A stretch of 64,000 nt of DNA from an uncultured Candidatus Saccharibacteria bacterium (GTDB taxonomy: Bacteria > Patescibacteriota > Minisyncoccia > Phycocordibacterales > XYD1-FULL-46-19). The notes under the pieces were generated by a model. It was not told where the DNA came from and did not search any database. It saw only the letters and a list, made by a program, of their open reading frames with translations. How positions within the stretch are numbered: position 1 is the stretch's first letter; each line of letters begins with the position of its first letter. Where the stretch lies: the NCBI GenBank assembly GCA_964355855.1, contig CAYHFD010000002.1, forward strand, positions 419-64,418, written 5' to 3'. This document shows, piece after piece, positions 58,939 through 64,000 of the stretch. The translations under genes were made by a program, and so were the position numbers.

Positions 58939-60108
58939 CTAAATATACAGAGCCGAGGTCCTTTCCAAGGTTCGCTCGAAAGAGAAATTGGTGGCCACGT
59001 AGTCGTGAAGTTTGGCCCCCAGAACTTGGCGGATTTCCTCATTGCCAGCTAAGCCATCAAGATATTCAGCTAATTTATCTACATCACCTGTCGGAAAGAG
59101 AGGGTTACCAGTTTCGGCTAAAATATCCCTAATGCCGGGAATGTCGGAGCCAATAGCTGGCAAGTAAGCCATTCCGGCCTCAAGTAGGGTGTAAGGGTGG
59201 CCTTCTTTAACTGACGGCAAGACAAAAAAATCAAAGGCCTTTAAATATTTTATTGCTTCAGAAACAAAGCCCGCTAAAAATACTCGGGCGGTTAAATTTT
59301 TTTCCTCAATAAGTCGTCTAAGTTTATCTTTCATATCTCCTTCACCAATAATGATATATTTAAAGTTGCTGGTGGTTTTACTAATGGCATCAATTAAAGT
59401 AGCGAGCCCTTTGTTGGGATGAAGTTCAGCCACCGTAACACCAATAATATCAGTCGGTTCTAATTTGGTTTGGCAAATTTGAGCTAGTTGTAAGCGGGCC
59501 TCTTCTTTGGTTATAAAATCGGGTGCTTTTAGACCATTATAAATTAAATGCATTTTCCTTCGTTGGCCCAACATATTTTGGCCTTGGGCCAAGTCTTGGC
59601 GATTGATAACTATCACTTGATGACAAAAAAAACAGGTTAGCCAAGAAAAAAAGTAAATTATTTTTTTGGTCAGCCAATTTCTATTTTCATTAAACGGCCA
59701 ACCATGCACCGTGTAAATTATTTTAGGAATACCAATCAGTCGGCCCCAAAACGCCCCGATACCAGACGCTTTAGAACTGTTTAGATGTAAAATATGTGGT
59801 TTTTCCCGTTTTAGAGTTTGGAGGATTTCAATAAAACCAAATATTTCTGATAATAAATATATATTTCGTGTCAGATTTTTCAAAAAAATAGTCCGGATAT
59901 TGGCTTGCTCCAACCGGGTAACCAGATAGCCAGCCGCCGCTTTTTTGCCACCAGTGCCACCTAGAGCCACCACTGCCTCAAACTGGTCGGCTGGCAGGGA
60001 AGTGGCCAAATCATAGACATATTTTTGCGCCCCACCGAAATTTGATTTGGTTATCAGGTAGAGAATTTTAGTCCCGTTAGAGGTCGCGGACTCAAACTTT
60101 ATTGGCAT
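58939..60108 (-). CDS. Glycosyltransferase family 4 (GT-B, group 1)
   Basis: Contains the EGHPYTLLEAGMAYLPAIGSD (E-x7-E region) motif. Confidence 0.75.
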   Translation of the reverse strand: MPIKFESATSNGTKILYLITKSNFGGAQKYVYDLATSLPADQFEAVVALGGTGGKKAAAGYLVTRLEQANIRTIFLKNLTRNIYLLSEIFGFIEILQTLKREKPHILHLNSSKASGIGAFWGRLIGIPKIIYTVHGWPFNENRNWLTKKIIYFFSWLTCFFCHQVIVINRQDLAQGQNMLGQRRKMHLIYNGLKAPDFITKEEARLQLAQICQTKLEPTDIIGVTVAELHPNKGLATLIDAISKTTSNFKYIIIGEGDMKDKLRRLIEEKNLTARVFLAGFVSEAIKYLKAFDFFVLPSVKEGHPYTLLEAGMAYLPAIGSDIPGIRDILAETGNPLFPTGDVDKLAEYLDGLAGNEEIRQVLGAKLHDYVATNFSFERTLERTSALYI

Positions 60109-60227
60109 GCTTAAATTTAAGCACGAGAGATTCGTTATGAAAAGGTCTGTGGACTAGTATCCGACCGTCCGCGTCCTACCTCTAATGGGATAGCATAAAT
60201 GGCCATTTTGTTGTATTATCACGGTCA

Positions 60228-61529
60228 ATGAAAGTTCAGGGACCCCTGCAGTCATTATTTCTATTATTTGGCGATATTTTGGTCTTGGTAGCCTCGTTGT
60301 GGGTTACTTTGTTTATTCGCTATGCCAGTTTTCCCAAGGTCGAGACTTTTAATGATCACCTCTTACCATTTAGCTTTATTTTCTGTATTTGGTTGGTGGT
60401 TTATTTCATTTACGACTTGTATGGCAACCAGACGACTATTTTTCAGAAAAAATTATCGGCGGTTATTTTTAATGCTCATATTGTAAATAGTATTATCGCC
60501 CTAGCTTTCTTCTATTTTATCCCATATTTTGCGATTACCCCGAAAACCAATTTGTTTATTTTTCTGGTCGTTTCCTTTTTGATATTTGAATGGTGGCGGC
60601 GACAAGTAGTTTTTTATATTTGGCACGGCGGTGCGGAAACGATTGTTTTTGCTTGTGCCGGACCAGAAGTTGATGAGTTGGATCGAGAGTTTATTACCAA
60701 CAGTTGGTACAAAATTAGAGTGATAAAAAAAGGTGAAGATTTAACTGGGTTGGCCAAAACATCGACGGTTGTTATAAATACCCATGAGGCCAACACCAAA
60801 GATTTTATTGGCTTTTATAATATGCTTTTTGCCGGCGCTCGTTTTGTTACCCTCGAAAGTCTTTACGAGACTATGTTTGGTCGGGTGCCGATTTCTAGCA
60901 TCTCTGAACGTTGGTTTCTGGAATCAATATCGACTCAACCGAAACCATTTTTTGAAATTTTAAAACGGGCGATGGATGTCGTCGTTGGACTTTTGGTGGG
61001 TATTGCGTCTTTACCTTTTTATCCACTAATTATGCTGGCCATTAAATTAGATGATGGGGGTGAGATATTCATTTATCCCGAGCGGGTTGGTGAACACAAT
61101 CGACCGATTCGACTGTTAAAATTTCGAACCATGACGGTTGGTAACGATGGGGGTCAGTGGGGCATGGTCGAAAATAAAGTCACTCGGGTCGGGGCTTTTT
61201 TACGCCGGACCCGTCTTGATGAATTACCCCAAATTTGGAATGTTATTAGGGGTGACTTATCTTTGGTGGGCCCGCGACCGGAATTTGCCCCGGCGGTTGG
61301 TCTCTACGGTGAGGAAATAAAATTCTACAATGTTAGACATTTGGTCAAACCAGGTTTGTCGGGTTGGGCTCAAATCTATGGTGAACAACCTCATCACGGT
61401 ATTGGGGTCGAGGAAACAAAAAACAAATTGTCTTATGATCTGTTTTATATTAAAAACAGAAGTATTCTGTTGGATATAAAAATTGCCCTAAAGACAATTC
61501 GTATTTTATTGTCACGAAGTGGGGTTTAA
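60228..61529 (+). CDS. Polyprenyl-phosphate sugar phosphotransferase (WbaP/bacterial sugar transferase family)
   Basis: N-terminal TM helices; C-terminal RLDELPQIWNVIRGDLSLVGPRPE. Confidence 0.8.
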   Translation: MKVQGPLQSLFLLFGDILVLVASLWVTLFIRYASFPKVETFNDHLLPFSFIFCIWLVVYFIYDLYGNQTTIFQKKLSAVIFNAHIVNSIIALAFFYFIPYFAITPKTNLFIFLVVSFLIFEWWRRQVVFYIWHGGAETIVFACAGPEVDELDREFITNSWYKIRVIKKGEDLTGLAKTSTVVINTHEANTKDFIGFYNMLFAGARFVTLESLYETMFGRVPISSISERWFLESISTQPKPFFEILKRAMDVVVGLLVGIASLPFYPLIMLAIKLDDGGEIFIYPERVGEHNRPIRLLKFRTMTVGNDGGQWGMVENKVTRVGAFLRRTRLDELPQIWNVIRGDLSLVGPRPEFAPAVGLYGEEIKFYNVRHLVKPGLSGWAQIYGEQPHHGIGVEETKNKLSYDLFYIKNRSILLDIKIALKTIRILLSRSGV

Positions 61530-61539
61530 GTAAAAATAG

Positions 61540-62352
61540 ATGAATACTATTATTGTTGACGGGGTGGCTATGGCCAACCAAATTGGCCAGGAATTGCAAC
61601 CAAAAATTAATCGTTTGGGCCTTGTTTCTTTGGCCGTGATTTTGGTGGGCGACAATCCGGTTTCTTCTCGTTATGTGGCGCGTAAGGAAAGTTTTGGTCG
61701 TAAGTATGGTATGGAAGTTAAAATTTTTTCTTATGATAAGGTTGTAGCCGAAGATGAACTATTGTCTGTAATTGAACGGCTAAATAATGATGCTTCTGTT
61801 AACGGAATTATTGTCCAACTACCTTTACCTTCCCACTTAGAAACTAAAAAAATCTTAGGGGCCATTGACCCACTTAAAGACCCTGATGCCCTCTCGTTAG
61901 AGGCGATTGTTGATTCACCAGTAGTAGGAGCGGCCCGAGAAATAATTGAAAAAAATAATATAGATTTGGTGGCAAAAAATGTAGTAGTGGTTGGAGCGGG
62001 ACGATTGGTGGGTCAACCACTCGCTATTTATTTTGCTGGCACCGGTTCTAATGTTCGGTCTTTTACCAATCGGGATGAAAAAGCTTTAGCCGAAGTCTTG
62101 GTAACGGCCGATATTATAGCCACCGGTGCTGGCGTGCCCGGCCTCATTAAACCAGAATACTTAAAAAATGGAGTCGTTCTTTTGGATGCCGCTACTAGTG
62201 AGGACGGGGGCACTTTAAAAGGTGATGCTGATCCGGCTTGTGTGACCAAGTGTTCTATTTTTACACCGGTGCCTGGGGGTATTGGCCCTTTAACCATGGC
62301 GATACTTTTCAAAAATTTAGTTTTTTTGGCTTCTCGTCAGGCTGGTTTCTAG
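61540..62352 (+). CDS. folD: Bifunctional methylenetetrahydrofolate dehydrogenase/cyclohydrolase
   Basis: VGDNPVSSRYVARK, GIIVQLPLP and TPVPGGIGPLTMAIL. Confidence 0.85.
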   Translation: MNTIIVDGVAMANQIGQELQPKINRLGLVSLAVILVGDNPVSSRYVARKESFGRKYGMEVKIFSYDKVVAEDELLSVIERLNNDASVNGIIVQLPLPSHLETKKILGAIDPLKDPDALSLEAIVDSPVVGAAREIIEKNNIDLVAKNVVVVGAGRLVGQPLAIYFAGTGSNVRSFTNRDEKALAEVLVTADIIATGAGVPGLIKPEYLKNGVVLLDAATSEDGGTLKGDADPACVTKCSIFTPVPGGIGPLTMAILFKNLVFLASRQAGF

Positions 62353-62368
62353 GCTTGATTTTTGTCTT

Positions 62369-63775
62369 TTGACGACCTATACTTACTCTCACATGAATAA
62401 TTATCGTGTTTTGGCTGTAGCCCTCATTATTTTTGGAATCCTTTTGGGCTATTTTGTTTACGCTTCAGAAACTGGGCTTGGCCTAATGCCTAACCGGCCT
62501 TTTCGGTTGGGGTTAGACTTGTCTGGAGGCACACATTTAGTTTATAAAGCCGATGTGTCTGATATTCCGGCCGGTGAGGTGGGTAGTGCGATGTCTGCCC
62601 TCAAAGAAGTTATTGAACGTCGGATTAATGTTTTCGGTGTGTCCGAGCCAATAATCCAGATCGAGTCCACCGGCTTGGGAGCTAATGTTATAAATAAACT
62701 AATTGTTGAATTGCCGGGAGTAACCGATGTCAATGAAGCTTTGGCGGTTATTAGTAAAACTCCACTGTTGGAATTTAAAGTTGAAGGAGAAAAAGATGCT
62801 CCGTTGAATTTAAATATTAGTCCGGAAGATTTAAAAAATGGCAAGCTTCCAACCATTAATACTGATGAATTGGTCGCTGCTCGCTATGTCGATTCTGGTC
62901 TGACTGGTAAATATTTAAAACGAGCCCAGGTGATTTTCCCTTCTGGCGCCCAAGGGGCTGGTGTCGCCACTGGCCCAACGGTATTGGTCGAGTTTACCCC
63001 CGAGGGTAAGCAGTTATTTGCCAAGCTAACACTTGACAATTTAAACAAAACCATTGGTATTTTTCTGGATGATCAACTTATTTCAGCCCCGGTGGTACAA
63101 GAGGAAATTAGAGATGGCCAGGCGCAAATCACCGGTAATTTCACTGTCGAAGAGGCCAAGTCTTTAGTGCGCGATTTAAACCTCGGGGCTTTGCCGGTAC
63201 CGATTGAACTAGATTCAACTCAAACTATTGGACCAACCTTGGGGGCCGATGTATTAAAGCAGGGAATATATGCTGGTATTATTGGTTTTATTTTACTGGC
63301 TATATTTATGATTGTTTGGTACCGCTTGCCGGGGGCAGTTGCCGTGGTTGCTCTTTTAATGTATGTGGCAATTATTTTGACTATTTTCAAGCTTTTACCA
63401 GTGACTATTACCGCCGCTGGTATTGCCGGGTTAATTCTTTCGATTGGGATTGCGGTTGATGCCAATGTGCTTATTTTTGAGCGCCTAAAAGAAGAAATGA
63501 TCAAGGGCCACTCTATTCATGAGGCGACTAAAGAAGGTTTTGCTCGAGCTTGGCTCTCGATTCGAGATTCAAATTTGTCTGGGATTATTTCGGCTCTAGT
63601 TTTGTTTTGGTTTGGGACTAGCATGATCAAGGGTTTTGCCCTGACTTTAATTATTGGTATTGTTGTTAGCATGTTTAGTGCCATCACTGTCACCCGGACT
63701 CTTTTGTTTGCCTTGGGTGTCAAACATAAAAATAGAGTGTCGACATTCTTATTCGGTAACGGTTTTCTAAAATAA
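62369..63775 (+). CDS. secD: Protein translocase subunit SecD
   Basis: LGLDLSGGTHLVY and the C-terminal 6-TM SecD/F domain. Confidence 0.8.
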   Translation: MTTYTYSHMNNYRVLAVALIIFGILLGYFVYASETGLGLMPNRPFRLGLDLSGGTHLVYKADVSDIPAGEVGSAMSALKEVIERRINVFGVSEPIIQIESTGLGANVINKLIVELPGVTDVNEALAVISKTPLLEFKVEGEKDAPLNLNISPEDLKNGKLPTINTDELVAARYVDSGLTGKYLKRAQVIFPSGAQGAGVATGPTVLVEFTPEGKQLFAKLTLDNLNKTIGIFLDDQLISAPVVQEEIRDGQAQITGNFTVEEAKSLVRDLNLGALPVPIELDSTQTIGPTLGADVLKQGIYAGIIGFILLAIFMIVWYRLPGAVAVVALLMYVAIILTIFKLLPVTITAAGIAGLILSIGIAVDANVLIFERLKEEMIKGHSIHEATKEGFARAWLSIRDSNLSGIISALVLFWFGTSMIKGFALTLIIGIVVSMFSAITVTRTLLFALGVKHKNRVSTFLFGNGFLK

Positions 63776-63776
63776 C

Positions 63777-64000
63777 ATGTTTGTCGTTAAATATAGAAAA
63801 GTATTTTATATAGTCGCTGGCCTTATGGTCGGATTGTCTTTGGTGTCGATTTTTACTTATGGACTAAATTTGGGTATCGATTTTACGGGTGGCTCTATTT
63901 TAGAGGTAAGTTATGTTAATAATCGACCAGATATTGATACTCTAAAGACTGCCTTGGTAGACACCGAGTTTAAGTCAGCCCAGGTTCAGCCAGCGGGTGA
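63777..64000 (+). CDS. secF: Protein translocase subunit SecF (3'-truncated by the window end)
   Basis: MFVVKYRKVFYIVAGLMVGLSLVSIFTYGLNLGIDFTGGSILEVSY. Confidence 0.75.
   Translation, partial: MFVVKYRKVFYIVAGLMVGLSLVSIFTYGLNLGIDFTGGSILEVSYVNNRPDIDTLKTALVDTEFKSAQVQPAG

Overview
The window looks like a small-genome Patescibacteria/CPR-type bacterial contig (Parcubacteria-like). Genes are compact and the housekeeping core on both strands includes argS, ileS, metG, glyQS, recA, recO, ftsK, efp, secE-nusG-rplK, rplJ-rplL, rpsF-ssb-rpsR, folD, secDF and rodA. It also carries a complete diversity-generating retroelement, three copies of a ~200-bp structured repeat, an unlinked 23S-5S rRNA operon with three ORF-less intron-like inserts, and two mobile elements.

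Main points:
- **DGR (1-3216).** The most striking system is a complete diversity-generating retroelement at the 5' end. It has two tandem paralogous target genes whose 3' variable repeats (VR1, VR2) differ from a non-coding, AAC-rich template repeat (TR) almost only at TR adenines. An Avd-like four-helix-bundle gene sits antisense between TR and a DGR-type reverse transcriptase (YADD, LGNLTSQ).
- **IleRS with an inserted domain.** The isoleucyl-tRNA synthetase carries a ~180-aa histidine-phosphatase (PGAM-like, RHGE...THG) domain inside its catalytic core.
- **Thymidylate operon.** dCMP deaminase, dCTP deaminase, an unusual 431-aa tandem ThyX-like protein with split RHR and S-RY motifs, glyA and tmk lie in a row.
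- **Repeat family.** A ~200-bp structured repeat occurs three times, each just after a terminator, and shows compensatory stem changes.
- **rRNA.** A 23S-5S operon has no 16S within the window. The 23S carries three ORF-less, group-I-like intron insertions (L1931, the L2593-2597 homing region, and one inside the sarcin-ricin loop).
- **Degenerate second 5S.** A second 5S copy is broken by an IS30-family element whose transposase has an in-frame TAG and which carries a passenger ORF.
- **REPtron.** A RAYT/IS200-like HUH transposase is flanked by perfect palindromic inverted repeats.
- **Other.** A DinJ/YafQ toxin-antitoxin pair, a surface-protein island (peptidoglycan-binding, PKD and lamin-tail domains), and ribosomal clusters lacking L1 and L9 (not confirmable beyond this window).

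All calls are from reading the sequence and motif recall; no database searches were run.
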